DNA from: Abditibacterium sp.
GTDB taxonomy: Bacteria > Armatimonadota > Abditibacteriia > Abditibacteriales > Abditibacteriaceae
DNA: 64,000 nt
Direction of reading: 5' to 3'
Assembly (NCBI GenBank): GCA_965199495.1
Contig: CBDASK010000003.1
Location: 1,376,001-1,440,000 of the forward strand
Position numbers and translations under genes: made by a program. Below the pieces are notes generated by a model. That model searched no databases. It was not told the origin of the DNA and was given only the letters and a program-made list of their open reading frames with translations. Below are positions 19,429-30,403 of the stretch, one piece after another (within the stretch, counting starts at the first letter, position 1; every line of letters begins with the position of its first letter).

Positions 19429-19689
19429 AGTCGGCCTTGTGGCGCGCAAGAAAGTTCAAAGCGGAGTTTGTTATGATAATTCTTTATTTCCACTGACTTA
19501 TAAAGCCTCTCAATGAGCGAGAAATTAAAACGCTTTTCTCGCTTGACCGCGTTAAACTTTCAGTTTCTGCGTGCTGCGTGAAATCTCCGCGCCCTTCTCT
19601 CCTTTCCGCCCTTGGAGTTTGCATCGGCCAAGCTCAAGCACTTTGGCATTTTCCGTGAATTTTAATCTCTGAACCCAAATTTTCTCATT

Positions 19690-22600
19690 ATGATACTTTC
19701 TGGCGGCTCGAAGAATTGGCGGTGGCTGGGCGTGGCGCTGGCGCTTTTGCTGATCGTTAACGCTTTCATTTCCTATCGCAGCGTGCGGCATGTGGTCGAA
19801 AGCAACGCCAAAGTCGCCCTAACTTACCAAGTTTCGTCCGAACTTCAGCGCGTTTTTTCGGCGATGCAGAACGCCGAAACCGGGCAGCGCGGCTATATTA
19901 TTACCGGTCAGGACAACTATCTGGAGCCGTATCGCGACGCCATCAGAAACCTCGCGCCTCATCAAAAGCGGTTGCGCGAATTGGCCGTTGACCCGCAGGT
20001 CGCGGCGCAGTTGCCGGTTTTGGACGAGCAAATCGCGCAACGTTTGAAGCGTTTGGAAGAGACCATCGCAGTGCGGCGCGCGAGCGGTTTCGATGCGGCG
20101 CGCGCGCGCATTTTGACGGGTGAGGGCAAAGCGAAGATGGATCAGATTCGCTCCACGATTGATACAATCGAAGCGCGCGAGCAAGTTTTATTAGAGCAGC
20201 GCCAGCAACAGGCCGCCGAGAGCGTGCGCGACGGTCAAATTACCTTTGGCGTGGCGCTCTTGTGCAATTTGCTGTTTTTGCTGGGACTTTACGCGATTAT
20301 TCAGCGCAACACGGCGCGGCGCGAACTGGCGGCGCAGCAACTGCGCGCAAGCGGCGAACGTTTTCGCGCCATTGTCGCGGCCTCGTCCAACATCGTGTGG
20401 ACGACCGACGCGAGCGGAAAATTTGTCGAAGAACAGCCATCGTGGATGGCGTTTACCGGACAGACGCCCGAAGAAACCCAGCGCGAAAGTTGGTCGGCGG
20501 TTCATCCCGATGACCGCGCATTCGCGGAGCAAAAGTGGGAAGAAGCGCGGCGCGGCGCCAAAATCTATAACGTCGAATATCGCACGCGCCGCGCTGACGG
20601 CCAATGGCGCCTGATGGCAGTCAGAGCCACGCCGATGCTCAACGAAAATGGCACGGTCACCGAATGGGTCGGCACCAGCACCGACATCACAGATATTAAA
20701 CGCACCGAGCGCGCGCTTTTGCAACGCGATCAGCAGATGCAGTTGGTGTTGTCCAACGCGCCGATGATTCTGTTTACCGTGGATCGCGACGGCATTTTCC
20801 TGCTCAGTCGCGGCAAAGCGCTCGAAGCGCTGGGATTTGGGCAGGACGAAGTCGTCGGGCGCTCGCTCTTCGAGGTTTACGCCGGTTTTCCCGATGTCGT
20901 CGCCGATGTGAAAGACGCGCTCGAAGGCCGCGTTTCCAGCAAAGTCGCGACGTATGAATTGGGGCCGGTCACGCTCGAAGGCCGTCTGTCGGCGCTGCTC
21001 GATGAGAGCGGCGAAATCGTCGGTGCCATCGGCATGACGACCGATGTCACGCAGCGTTACCGCGCCGAAGAAGAGCGCGCGCGCTTGAGCCGCTACAATC
21101 AACTGCTGCTCGATTCGACGGGCGAAGGCATTTTCGGCGTGGATTTGGAGGGCCATTGCACTTTCGTCAATGCCGCTGGCGCCGCCATGACCGGCGTCAC
21201 GCCCGACGAAGTGCAATCGCAGATTCTGGGGCGCGATGTGCATCAATTGCTGTTGCCCAAACGCGGCGACGGCAGCGATTATTCCGCCGCGCAAGGCCCC
21301 ATCGCGCGCTGTTTCGCGAGCGGCCACAGCGTCCATAACGAAGAGGCAATTTTGTGGCGCCGCGACGGAACTTCGTTCGATGCGCACCTCGACGTTTATC
21401 CCTTACGAGACGGCGAAAATAGCGATGGCATTCTCAGTGGTGGCGTGTTGACCTTCGAGGATGTCACCGAGAAAAAGCGCGCCGAGGCCGATTTGCGCCA
21501 CAGCCAGCAGCAGTTCAAAAATCTGGCGAACTCGATTCCGCAACTCTCGTGGACGGCGCATCCCGATGGGAAAATCTACTGGTATAACCAGCGTTGGTAT
21601 GATTTCACCGGCACCGATTTCGAGGGGATGCAAACGCCGCGCGGCGACATCGTTCACCCCGAATACGGCGAGGCGATGACCGCGAGTTGGCAAGAAGCCT
21701 TGAGAAATCAGACTTCGTGGGAATATACCTTTCCGTTGCGACGCCACGACGGCGAGTATCGCTGGTTTTTGTCGCGCGCCGAGCCGGAGCGCGACGAACG
21801 GGGCGAAGTCGTACGCTGGTTTGGTACCAACACCGACGTGACCGACGAACGAGAAATCGCCGCCAGTTTGCAGGCGAGCGAAGCCCGCAAAGCCGCGATT
21901 CTGGAAACGGCTTTAGATTGTATCGTCGCCATTGACGAGCAAAGCCACATCACCGAGTGGAACCCGGCGGCGGAAAAAACTTTCGGCTACGCGCGCGCCG
22001 AAGTTCTGGGCCAATCGTTGCCCGAACTGATTATTCCGCCCGCGCTGCGCGAAGCGCATTTTGGCGGCATGGAGCGTTATCTTGCGACCGGCGAAGCGGT
22101 GGTTTTGGGGCAACGCATCGAAGTTCCGGCGCTGCACCGCGACGGACGCGAATTTCCCGTGGAACTTTCGGTCGCGCGCATTGAGGGCGCCGGGCCGCCG
22201 CTTTTCACGGCGTATCTGCGCGATATTTCCGAACGCAAAGGGGCCGAAGCCGAACTGGCGGCGAGCGCGCGTTTGGCGGTTTTGCGCGCGCAAATTGGGT
22301 TATCGCTCAACCGCTCCGACGATCTGGAAGAAATGCTGACCGCGTGCGCGCAGGCGATTGTGGATCACCTCGACGCCAGTTTCGCGCGCATCTGGACGCT
22401 CAACGAAATAGAAAACGTGCTGCATCTGCGCGCGACCGCCGGTTCTTACACGCGCTCGAACCGGCCCGACGATCTGGTTCCGGTGGGCCAGTTCAAAGTT
22501 GGCATTATCGCGCAGGAGCGACGGCCCTATCTCACCAATCAGGTCGTGGGCAACCCGCGCGTGGCCGATCAAGAATGGGCGATACGCGAGGGCATGATCG

Positions 22601-24357
22601 CGTTCGCCGGTTATCCGTTGCTGGTGGAAAATCGTCTGGTCGGCGTGTTGGGAATGTTCGCCAAACACGAACTTTCTGATACCGTTTTGACTTCGCTTTC
22701 GACCGTGGCCGATGCCATCGCGCTGGGCATCGAGCGCAAGCGTTCGCAGGCCGAAATGGAACGCGCCAAGCTCGATGCCGAAGAAGCCTCGCGCACCAAA
22801 AGCCTGTTTCTGGCCAACATGAGCCACGAACTGCGCACGCCGCTCAACGCGATTTTGGGCTACTCGGAAATGTTGGAAGAAGAAGCGCAGGATTTGGAAC
22901 TGGACAATTTCACTTCCGATTTGAGCCGCATTAATTCGGCGGGCAAACATCTTTTGGCGCTGATTAACGATATTCTGGATTTGTCGAAAATCGAGGCGGG
23001 CAAAATGGACTTGTTCGTCGAAGAGTTCGATCTGGCCATGACAATTCACGAAGTTTCGTCGCTGGCAGAGACGCTGATGGAGAAAAATGGCAACGCGCTC
23101 CGCATCGAAATGCCCGACGATTTGGGAACGATGACCGCCGACCAGACCAAGGTGCGCCAGTGTTTGCTCAATTTGCTTTCTAACGCCGCCAAATTCACCA
23201 AAGACGGCGACGTGACGTTGCGCGTTAAACGCGAAACCATTGCGGCGCTCGATGAAGCCACGTCGCGCGACTGGCTGGCTTTCGAGGTGCAGGATTCGGG
23301 CATCGGCATGAGCGAGGAACAGGTTCTGCGCCTGTTTCAGGCGTTCACGCAGGCCGACGCTTCGACGACGCGCAAGTTTGGCGGGACGGGTCTGGGTCTG
23401 GCGCTGACTCGCCGTTTTTGTCAGATGATGGGCGGCGACGTGAACGTGCAATCGGTGCCCGGCGCGGGCAGCACCTTCACCTTTCATCTGCCCGCCGTCG
23501 TCAGCGCCGACGTGGCTGGGAATGGCGGCGAACCGTTTCTCTCGTCCGACGCGGTTATGCGACCAGTCATCGAAACGCTGGCGCCCGGCGCGCAGCGCAT
23601 CAGCGTTCTGGTGATTGACGACGACCCGACGCAGCGCGATTTGATGCAACGCTTTCTGGAAAAAGAGGGCTTTTCGGTGCAAACCGCCAGCAGCGGCGAA
23701 CAGGGTTTGGCCCTCGCGCGCCAGATCAAACCTTTGGTGATTACGCTCGACGTGATGATGCCCGGCATGGATGGTTGGCGCGTGTTAGACGCGCTCAAAA
23801 ACGACGCCGAACTGGGCAAAATCCCGGTGATTTTGCTGACGATGGTGGATGACAAATCGCGCGGCTACGCGCTGGGTGCCGCCGATTACATGACTAAACC
23901 GGTGGATCGCTCGCGGCTGTCGAATGTGTTGCAAAGGTTCATTTGCGCCAATCCGCCGTGTTCGGTTTTGCTGGTCGAAGACGACGAACCCACGCGCGCC
24001 ATGATGCGCCAGATGCTCGAAAAACAGGGCTGGCTCGCCGTCGAAGCCGCCAACGGCGTCGAGGGTTTGGCGAGATTGGCAGAAAACCGGCCCGCATTAA
24101 TTCTGCTCGATTTGATGATGCCCGAAATGGACGGCTTCGAGTTCGCCGAAATCGTTCACCATCACCCGGAGTGGCACAACATTCCCATCGTCGTGCTGAC
24201 GGCCAGAGATTTGTCATCCACAGAGCGCGAAATGTTGGGCCAGCACGTCCATCAAATCCTGCAAAAATCGGGGCAATCGCGCGAAGCACTGCTAAAGCAA
24301 GTGCGCGGATTGGTCGCGAATTACACGACGATTTCACCCGGCACCTGCGAAACGTAA
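19690..24357 (+). CDS. Hybrid sensor kinase: CHASE3, about 5 PAS, GAF, HisKA, HATPase, 2 REC
   Basis: AETGQRGY (CHASE3), PAS/PAC repeats, FLANMSHELRTPLNAILG, GGTGLGL, two receiver domains. Confidence 0.95.
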   Translation: MILSGGSKNWRWLGVALALLLIVNAFISYRSVRHVVESNAKVALTYQVSSELQRVFSAMQNAETGQRGYIITGQDNYLEPYRDAIRNLAPHQKRLRELAVDPQVAAQLPVLDEQIAQRLKRLEETIAVRRASGFDAARARILTGEGKAKMDQIRSTIDTIEAREQVLLEQRQQQAAESVRDGQITFGVALLCNLLFLLGLYAIIQRNTARRELAAQQLRASGERFRAIVAASSNIVWTTDASGKFVEEQPSWMAFTGQTPEETQRESWSAVHPDDRAFAEQKWEEARRGAKIYNVEYRTRRADGQWRLMAVRATPMLNENGTVTEWVGTSTDITDIKRTERALLQRDQQMQLVLSNAPMILFTVDRDGIFLLSRGKALEALGFGQDEVVGRSLFEVYAGFPDVVADVKDALEGRVSSKVATYELGPVTLEGRLSALLDESGEIVGAIGMTTDVTQRYRAEEERARLSRYNQLLLDSTGEGIFGVDLEGHCTFVNAAGAAMTGVTPDEVQSQILGRDVHQLLLPKRGDGSDYSAAQGPIARCFASGHSVHNEEAILWRRDGTSFDAHLDVYPLRDGENSDGILSGGVLTFEDVTEKKRAEADLRHSQQQFKNLANSIPQLSWTAHPDGKIYWYNQRWYDFTGTDFEGMQTPRGDIVHPEYGEAMTASWQEALRNQTSWEYTFPLRRHDGEYRWFLSRAEPERDERGEVVRWFGTNTDVTDEREIAASLQASEARKAAILETALDCIVAIDEQSHITEWNPAAEKTFGYARAEVLGQSLPELIIPPALREAHFGGMERYLATGEAVVLGQRIEVPALHRDGREFPVELSVARIEGAGPPLFTAYLRDISERKGAEAELAASARLAVLRAQIGLSLNRSDDLEEMLTACAQAIVDHLDASFARIWTLNEIENVLHLRATAGSYTRSNRPDDLVPVGQFKVGIIAQERRPYLTNQVVGNPRVADQEWAIREGMIAFAGYPLLVENRLVGVLGMFAKHELSDTVLTSLSTVADAIALGIERKRSQAEMERAKLDAEEASRTKSLFLANMSHELRTPLNAILGYSEMLEEEAQDLELDNFTSDLSRINSAGKHLLALINDILDLSKIEAGKMDLFVEEFDLAMTIHEVSSLAETLMEKNGNALRIEMPDDLGTMTADQTKVRQCLLNLLSNAAKFTKDGDVTLRVKRETIAALDEATSRDWLAFEVQDSGIGMSEEQVLRLFQAFTQADASTTRKFGGTGLGLALTRRFCQMMGGDVNVQSVPGAGSTFTFHLPAVVSADVAGNGGEPFLSSDAVMRPVIETLAPGAQRISVLVIDDDPTQRDLMQRFLEKEGFSVQTASSGEQGLALARQIKPLVITLDVMMPGMDGWRVLDALKNDAELGKIPVILLTMVDDKSRGYALGAADYMTKPVDRSRLSNVLQRFICANPPCSVLLVEDDEPTRAMMRQMLEKQGWLAVEAANGVEGLARLAENRPALILLDLMMPEMDGFEFAEIVHHHPEWHNIPIVVLTARDLSSTEREMLGQHVHQILQKSGQSREALLKQVRGLVANYTTISPGTCET

Positions 24358-24451
24358 ATTAACGTAACTTTCGCGGCCCAACTTTTTCTTATGCTGGCAA
24401 CAGCACAAGTTACACTCTCGCTAAGATAAGACTTGTGTCAATGCTCATTCC

Positions 24452-24853
24452 ATGCCCTTAATTTTGCTCGTCGAAGATAACGAAATGAATCGCGATATGC
24501 TGTCGCGCCGCTTGATTCGCAAAGGTTATGAAGTCGAATTCGCGATTGATGGCGAACAGGGCGTGGAAGTCGCGATGGAAAAGCAGCCCGACCTAATTTT
24601 AATGGACATGAGTCTGCCGGTTCTCGACGGCTGGGAAGCCACCAAAAAGCTCAAGGCACAAGCAGCCACGGCGGCCATCCCGATTATCGCGCTGACCGCC
24701 CACGCCATGAGCGAAGACCGCGAACGCGCGTTGGACGCGGGTTGCGACGATTACGATACCAAACCCGTTGAACTGGCGCGCTTAATCGAGAAAATCGAGG
24801 CGTTGTTGGCCAATAAAACAAGCGAAGATGATGACATCAAAGAGTTAGACTAA
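24452..24853 (+). CDS. Single-domain response regulator (DivK/CheY-like)
   Basis: ILLVEDN, LILMDMSLP, ALTA, TKP. Confidence 0.93.
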   Translation: MPLILLVEDNEMNRDMLSRRLIRKGYEVEFAIDGEQGVEVAMEKQPDLILMDMSLPVLDGWEATKKLKAQAATAAIPIIALTAHAMSEDRERALDAGCDDYDTKPVELARLIEKIEALLANKTSEDDDIKELD

Positions 24854-24867
24854 AGCCGTAAAATTCC

Positions 24868-26313
24868 ATGACCGAACCCACCCTTGAGCCGACGGCGTTG
24901 CCCGCGCAATTGCTGCACGATTTGCGCACGCCCGTCCATCAAATCGTGGGCTACGTCGAGATGTTGCAGGAAGACGCCGCCGACGCCGAAAACGCGGCAT
25001 TGGCGGGCGACCTAAAAAAAGTTAAGGGCGCCGCCGCACAATTGCAACGGATGCTCGAAGAGCGTTTCGTGGCGCGGCGGGAAACGCCGGATCGCGTTGC
25101 CGCGACGGACGCACCAAAAGCCGCCGAAACGGCAGCAACAACGGGCGCAACGGACAAACCGGCGACCGAACAAAATCGGGCGCTGTCATCGGGCGCCGAG
25201 CGCGGATTGTTGCTGGTCGTGGACGACAACGAAACCAATCGCGATATTCTGTCCAAGCGCCTCGAAATGCAGGGCTATGAAGTCGAAACCGCCAACGATG
25301 GCGCGCAGACGTTGCAGATGGTGAACGAGCGCGTTTTCGATTTGGTGTTGCTCGACATCATGATGCCCGAAATGGACGGCTACGAAGTTTTGCGCCGCCT
25401 GAAAGACGACGAGAAAACGCGCGATTTGCCGGTGATTATGATTTCGGCGCTTGGCGATATGGATTCGGTCGTGCGTTGCATCGAATTGGGCGCCGAAGAT
25501 CATCTGCCCAAACCGTTTAATCCGACTTTGCTCAAAGCGCGCATCGGCGCGTGTCTGGAGAAAAAACGCGGACACGACCGCGAAGCGCGCTTGTTGGCGC
25601 AGGTGCAGGAAAACTACAGCAAATTGCAGGAATCGGAAAAGTTGCGCGACGATTTGACGAATATGATCGTGCATGATTTGCGCACGCCGTTGTCTTCGCT
25701 GATGGCCGGTTTGCAAACCATCGAAATGCTGGGGCCGCTGGAACCCGAACAGAAAGAGTGCTGCGACATCGCGGTGCGCGGTGGCTACTCGTTGCTCGAC
25801 ATGATTAACGATTTGCTCGACATCAGCAAACTCGAAGGCGGCGTGCCCGATCTGGAAATTCAAACCATTGAAGTGCCGACACTGATTACCGAATCGTGCG
25901 AGCAGGTGCAGGCCGCCGCCGAAATGCGCCACATCATCTGGGAATTCGATCTCGCGCCCGACCTGCCCACGTTTCCGGGCGACGGGAGCAAACTGCGCCG
26001 CACCCTCGTCAATTTGCTGGGTAACGCCATCAAATTTTCGCCGACCAACGGCAAAATCATCATCGGCGCGCGCGCTGATGAAAACGAATTGACTTTATTG
26101 GTGCGCGATTACGGCGAAGGCATTCCGCGCGAAGCGTTCGAGCGCATCTTCGAGAAATTCGGCCAAGTCGCCGACCGCAAGGCCGGGCGCGTGATGTCCA
26201 CGGGATTGGGACTGGCGCTGTGCAAAATGGTGACGGAAGCGCACGGCGGGCGCATCTGGGTCGAAAGCGAACTGGGACAAGGCAGCACGTTTTACCTCGC
26301 TTTGCCGTTGTGA
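24868..26313 (+). CDS. Hybrid kinase: isolated HisKA, REC, HisKA-HATPase
   Basis: Two HDLRTP boxes, one REC (LLDIMMP), NLLGNAIKF, GLGL. Confidence 0.9.
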   Translation: MTEPTLEPTALPAQLLHDLRTPVHQIVGYVEMLQEDAADAENAALAGDLKKVKGAAAQLQRMLEERFVARRETPDRVAATDAPKAAETAATTGATDKPATEQNRALSSGAERGLLLVVDDNETNRDILSKRLEMQGYEVETANDGAQTLQMVNERVFDLVLLDIMMPEMDGYEVLRRLKDDEKTRDLPVIMISALGDMDSVVRCIELGAEDHLPKPFNPTLLKARIGACLEKKRGHDREARLLAQVQENYSKLQESEKLRDDLTNMIVHDLRTPLSSLMAGLQTIEMLGPLEPEQKECCDIAVRGGYSLLDMINDLLDISKLEGGVPDLEIQTIEVPTLITESCEQVQAAAEMRHIIWEFDLAPDLPTFPGDGSKLRRTLVNLLGNAIKFSPTNGKIIIGARADENELTLLVRDYGEGIPREAFERIFEKFGQVADRKAGRVMSTGLGLALCKMVTEAHGGRIWVESELGQGSTFYLALPL

Positions 26314-26363
26314 ATTGCAGTATGGGCGCAAAATTATGAGTGAGAATGCACCTTATAGACCGT

Positions 26364-26510
26364 CCGTCATTTCGAGCGAGGCACGAGCCGAGAAATCTTG
26401 CGGCCCCGCGCCAGCGGAAATGATGCAAAAGCCTCAACATTAAAAGTCTCTGACTTGCGCTGCCGCGCGGGCAAAAGATTTCTCGGCTCGTGCCTCGCTC
26501 GAAATGACGG
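26364..26510. repeat. CGTC-type REP doublet with conserved inner stem and variable 34-nt core (copy 1 of 3)
   Basis: 36-bp perfect arms; inner CGGCCCCGCGCCAGCGGAA...TGCGCTGCCGCGCGGGC shared with the 30404 and 58299 copies. Confidence 0.9.
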
Positions 26511-26585
26511 GCGCGTGTTTATGTGGCGTTGAATAGCGTTGTAAAACACTTCAAAATGGTGAGGCTAAACAATAGAGAGCGACAT

Positions 26586-27281
26586 CTACAACTCGTAACT
26601 GCAAACCGCCACAACGCTGGCTTTTTTGCTGGCGACGACTTTTCCATCCACTACAATTTCGACGATAATCGGCGTATTGGCGGGCAGTTGGCTTTGCGCC
26701 AGACGCGCGCTCAACTGAATTTGCGCATCGTCGGCCAAAGTCGCGTCAATATACCACGGCGCGATGGTCAGCATATTTTCGCCCGGCGGATTGGCTCCGC
26801 TCATCGCGTAGCCGACTTGCAACATTTCGGGCGGGCCGCTCACGCGCAGTTGCACCTTGTAGGTGCGCGGCGCGGGCACGATGCGCACGCCGTTGAAATA
26901 CAAAGGTTTGTCGGGCGCCTCGATCCAATCGGTGCTGTAACGCTTGTCCGACGCCACCAGTTGGCCGATTTTCAGCAGCGTGCTTTGCTCGCCATCGCGC
27001 ACGATTCCATCCGCCGAAACCAGAGTTAATTCGGTCACGCGCCCGTTGGAAGGCTTGAAGGTCGCCGTCAAAGTCGCGCCGTTTTTCGTCCAAATTTTTT
27101 GATTGGGCGTCGCCGTGGCTGCATTGGTCGCTGGCCCCAACCTTTGCGTGACCTGATCAATGGGCAAACCGATGAGCGCGGGCACATCGAACGGCGGCGG
27201 AACGGGCGCTTTGTGGCAACCGCTCAACGTCGCCAGCGACAAAGCGAAAAGGCAACAGAAAAAAACGCGAAATAGGGTCAT
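26586..27281 (-). CDS. Hypothetical lipoprotein
   Basis: Signal peptide with lipobox LATLSGC. Confidence 0.75.
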   Translation of the reverse strand: MTLFRVFFCCLFALSLATLSGCHKAPVPPPFDVPALIGLPIDQVTQRLGPATNAATATPNQKIWTKNGATLTATFKPSNGRVTELTLVSADGIVRDGEQSTLLKIGQLVASDKRYSTDWIEAPDKPLYFNGVRIVPAPRTYKVQLRVSGPPEMLQVGYAMSGANPPGENMLTIAPWYIDATLADDAQIQLSARLAQSQLPANTPIIVEIVVDGKVVASKKASVVAVCSYEL

Positions 27282-27303
27282 GGCTGGCGGGAGATAAAAT
27301 TTT

Positions 27304-28005
27304 TCAAGAACGCGCGCGCGGCGGTCTTTTGTTGGTCGAGTGAGCCTCGTCAAGGGGATCGAAGGCCGCCCCGGTGCGCGCGGCATTGGACGCGACGCTA
27401 ACGCGAGTTTCGTCTTCGGCGACGCGTCCGTCAATCACGGGTTCTTCGTGGATGACGCCCGACGATTTCTTTAAAATCGTGATGTCGCGCACATCGCGAT
27501 TGCTGAGGACGTGCATGCAATCGGCTTCGTCGCGCAACCAGATGGCGCGCAGCGAAATCTTCTCGATGGTGCCGACGTGGCCGTTAATCGTGACGGCATC
27601 GCCGGGCGCAATCGAATCTTCGGCCAGCAAAAAATAGCCCTGCGCATAATCGCGCAAAACCGGCATCAGCCCGGCGCCAATCATAAACGCGACCGCGCCA
27701 AACGCCAGAGCCAACGGCAAAAGCGGAACGCCGAAAACGCCCAAAACCAAAATGCCCGCGACCGTATAAATCATGAATCGCGCGACGAATTTGGGCACGC
27801 GGCGCAGCGTAGCACGCCGCTCATTGCGCCATTTGGCCTCGCGATGTTGGTCGAGTTTGCTGAAACTATCGGTCAGCGCGGCCAGTCGGCGCCCGGCATA
27901 CCAAGCGATGAACTCGAAAGCCACGGCGATGAGCAAAACGCGCACGCCGATGAAAAGAAGCGTCCCAAAATTGGGAATCAAATCGCGCAGGGTGACAATG
28001 TTCAT
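27304..28005 (-). CDS. Small-conductance mechanosensitive channel (MscS family)
   Basis: TM helices then RDYAQGYFLLAEDSIAPGD..GTIEKISLRAI. Confidence 0.8.
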   Translation of the reverse strand: MNIVTLRDLIPNFGTLLFIGVRVLLIAVAFEFIAWYAGRRLAALTDSFSKLDQHREAKWRNERRATLRRVPKFVARFMIYTVAGILVLGVFGVPLLPLALAFGAVAFMIGAGLMPVLRDYAQGYFLLAEDSIAPGDAVTINGHVGTIEKISLRAIWLRDEADCMHVLSNRDVRDITILKKSSGVIHEEPVIDGRVAEDETRVSVASNAARTGAAFDPLDEAHSTNKRPPRARS

Positions 28006-28047
28006 GGTTGAAAAGGATGTGACAAAGGGAAAGTTGAAGCGCGCAGT

Positions 28048-28629
28048 TTAGCCCGTTTGCCCGCGCACCGTGAGCTTTTCGCGCTCGATCTCGACGCTCT
28101 CGAAACGCACCTTTTGACCGCCACTCAACGCCTCTTCCAAAGCCTTGCTAATCGCGTCCTGCGCTTTATTTTGCCAATCCGAGGGCGCGCTAAAACCGCC
28201 CAAAGTCAGCGATTGAATCTGCAATTGCAAACCGCCGTTTTGGGCTTTCAAATCGCCGTTAATAACGACGGGAACTCTAATGCCGTTGTATTTGGCGCGC
28301 CCGCTCACCACAATCGAGTTGGGTTGCAATTGGGCGCTCAAATCGCGAATCGGCAGGTTTTTGATTTTGACTTTGTCCTGCAACAGCGTGTTCAACTGGT
28401 CTTGCGTCGCCGTCACGTTGAACTCGGAACGCTCGTTTTTGCGCGCCGCGCGCGCGACTTTGTCCACGTCGCGCACCAAATCCTCGGCCTCGGCGCGCCG
28501 CTCGGCCCGCACTTGCGGCGATAAATCGGCCAGACGCGGCGCGATTGGCGGCCCCGTCACTTTGCGGTAGGCGAAGTAGCCACCGGCAATGAATAGAAGT
28601 AAAAAAACGGGAATGAAGATTTTTTTCAT
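28048..28629 (-). CDS. Hypothetical membrane-anchored protein (possibly LmeA/DUF2993-like)
   Basis: N-terminal TM helix; TQDQLNTLL followed by beta-rich region. Confidence 0.65.
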   Translation of the reverse strand: MKKIFIPVFLLLFIAGGYFAYRKVTGPPIAPRLADLSPQVRAERRAEAEDLVRDVDKVARAARKNERSEFNVTATQDQLNTLLQDKVKIKNLPIRDLSAQLQPNSIVVSGRAKYNGIRVPVVINGDLKAQNGGLQLQIQSLTLGGFSAPSDWQNKAQDAISKALEEALSGGQKVRFESVEIEREKLTVRGQTG

Positions 28630-28641
28630 GGGATAAAATTG

Positions 28642-28811
28642 TGGTGAGTGAGGCGTTTTTCCCTCACCCTCTCCCGGAGGGAGAAGGAACACTTGCTTGA
28701 AAGTGTTACCTGCAAGAACTAACTTTTAAGAGAGTTCAAGTAACTTTGACTTTCAAGCGAGTGTTCCTTCTCCCTCCGGGAGAGGGTGAGGGAAAAACGC
28801 CTCGCTCACCA
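28642..28811. repeat. CCCTCACCC/GGGAGAGGG-type REP doublet (63-bp arms, 44-nt spacer)
   Basis: 28642-28704 vs 28749-28811, reverse complementary with 2 mismatches. Confidence 0.88.
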
Positions 28812-28817
28812 TAAACT

Positions 28818-30299
28818 CTACAACGGCACGCCGCGCCGCACGAAACTTTTGGCAAATGGACTGGCTGCGCGCGCCGCCGTTTCGGCGTTTTTAAACGCCT
28901 GACCAATTTCGACACAACCGCTCGCGCTGGGCAGAAGTTTCGACGGATTAAATCGTCCGTTGGGATTGAAAACGTCTTTGAAATCGCGCATTGCCGCGAT
29001 GGTATCAGCGTTGAACGCGTATTCCATCAGGCCGACTTTTTCGATGCCGGTGCCGTGTTCGCCGGTTGCGCTGCCGCCCATGTCAATGCAATGTTTGAGA
29101 ATCTCTTCGCCCGCTTCCAGGACGCGCGGCAGTTGCGAAACGTCGCGTTCGTCGTAGAAAACGCATGGGTGCAAATTGCCGTCGCCCGCGTGAAAAACGT
29201 TGGCGATTGTCACGTTGTGTTTCAGGCCGACTTCTTTGATAATCGCCAAAATCTCGGTCAATTTAGAACGCGGCACCACGCCGTCCTGCGTGACATAACT
29301 CGGCGTGATGCGCCCGACCGCGCCAAATGCGCCTTTGCGCGCGGCCCACAATAATTTGCGCTCTTTGTCATCGCGGGCCAATCGCACTTCGCGCGCTCCG
29401 CAATCGCGGCAAATCTGCGCGGCGCGCTCATATTCTTCGGCAGAGGCCGCTTCCAAACCGTCGGTTTCGATGAGCAAAATCGCTTTGGCGTCGAGCGGCA
29501 AACCAAACTTGTAGGCGGCTTCAATGGCGGGCAAAAACACGTCGTCCAACATTTCGAGCGCGGCGGGCACGATTCCGGCGCCGATAATTTGCGCGACGCA
29601 CTGCGCGCCCGCGTCGAAATCGTCGAAAATCGCCAACATCGTGTGCGCCTTTTGCGGCGCGCGCACCAGTTTCACCCACGCGCGCGTCACGATGCCCAAT
29701 GTGCCCTCGCTGCCAACGACGGCGCCCAATAAATCAAAGCCGGGCGCGCCTTCGAGGCCGCCACCCAACCAGACAATTTCACCATCGGGCGTCACCAATT
29801 CGACGCCCAGCGTGTGATTGACGGTGATACCATATTTGAGCGTGTGCGGCCCGCCCGAATTCGCCGCGATGTTGCCGCCAATCGTGCAAGCCGCCTGACT
29901 CGACGGATCGGGCGCGAAACAGAATCCGAAAGGCGCCGCCGCCTGCGTCAGATGCACGTTGACGACGCCCGCTTCGACCAGAGCGCGCCGGTTAGGAATA
30001 TCCATTTCGACGATTTGGTTCAAACGCGAAGTCGAAATTAAAAGCGAATTGGTTTCGGGCAGAGCGCCGCCCGCCAGCCCGGTTCCCGCCCCGCGCGGCA
30101 CGACGGTGACGTTGTGCTTATTGGCCCACTTCACCGCGCGCGCGACTTTTTCTGTCGTATCGGGAAACGCGACGGCGACGGGCCGATTTTTGGCGGCGAC
30201 AAACGCATCGCATTCGTAAACCATCAAGTCGGCGTGGCTGCTGACGACGGCATTGGCGCCCAGCAAAGTTTCCAGTTCGCGCAAAGCGGCAGAATTCAT
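28818..30299 (-). CDS. glcD: FAD-linked oxidase, glycolate oxidase subunit D-like
   Basis: PRGAGTGLAGG, APDPSSQ, GGPHTLKYG, HAGDGNLHP, GEHGTGIEK. Confidence 0.88.
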   Translation of the reverse strand: MNSAALRELETLLGANAVVSSHADLMVYECDAFVAAKNRPVAVAFPDTTEKVARAVKWANKHNVTVVPRGAGTGLAGGALPETNSLLISTSRLNQIVEMDIPNRRALVEAGVVNVHLTQAAAPFGFCFAPDPSSQAACTIGGNIAANSGGPHTLKYGITVNHTLGVELVTPDGEIVWLGGGLEGAPGFDLLGAVVGSEGTLGIVTRAWVKLVRAPQKAHTMLAIFDDFDAGAQCVAQIIGAGIVPAALEMLDDVFLPAIEAAYKFGLPLDAKAILLIETDGLEAASAEEYERAAQICRDCGAREVRLARDDKERKLLWAARKGAFGAVGRITPSYVTQDGVVPRSKLTEILAIIKEVGLKHNVTIANVFHAGDGNLHPCVFYDERDVSQLPRVLEAGEEILKHCIDMGGSATGEHGTGIEKVGLMEYAFNADTIAAMRDFKDVFNPNGRFNPSKLLPSASGCVEIGQAFKNAETAARAASPFAKSFVRRGVPL

Positions 30300-30403
30300 G
30301 GAATAGAGTGTGATTGATTTCAACTGAACATAATCAACGAATCAGCGATGCAAACCAAAGAACATGACCCGCATTGCAATGTCGAAATTTGGAGCGATAT
30401 AAA

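Noticed and set aside
17868..19496. 542-aa plus-strand ORF
   Set aside because: Antisense shadow of ndh. The same applies to long shadows at 20191-21387, 22300-23682, 48626-49942 and 50065-51087.
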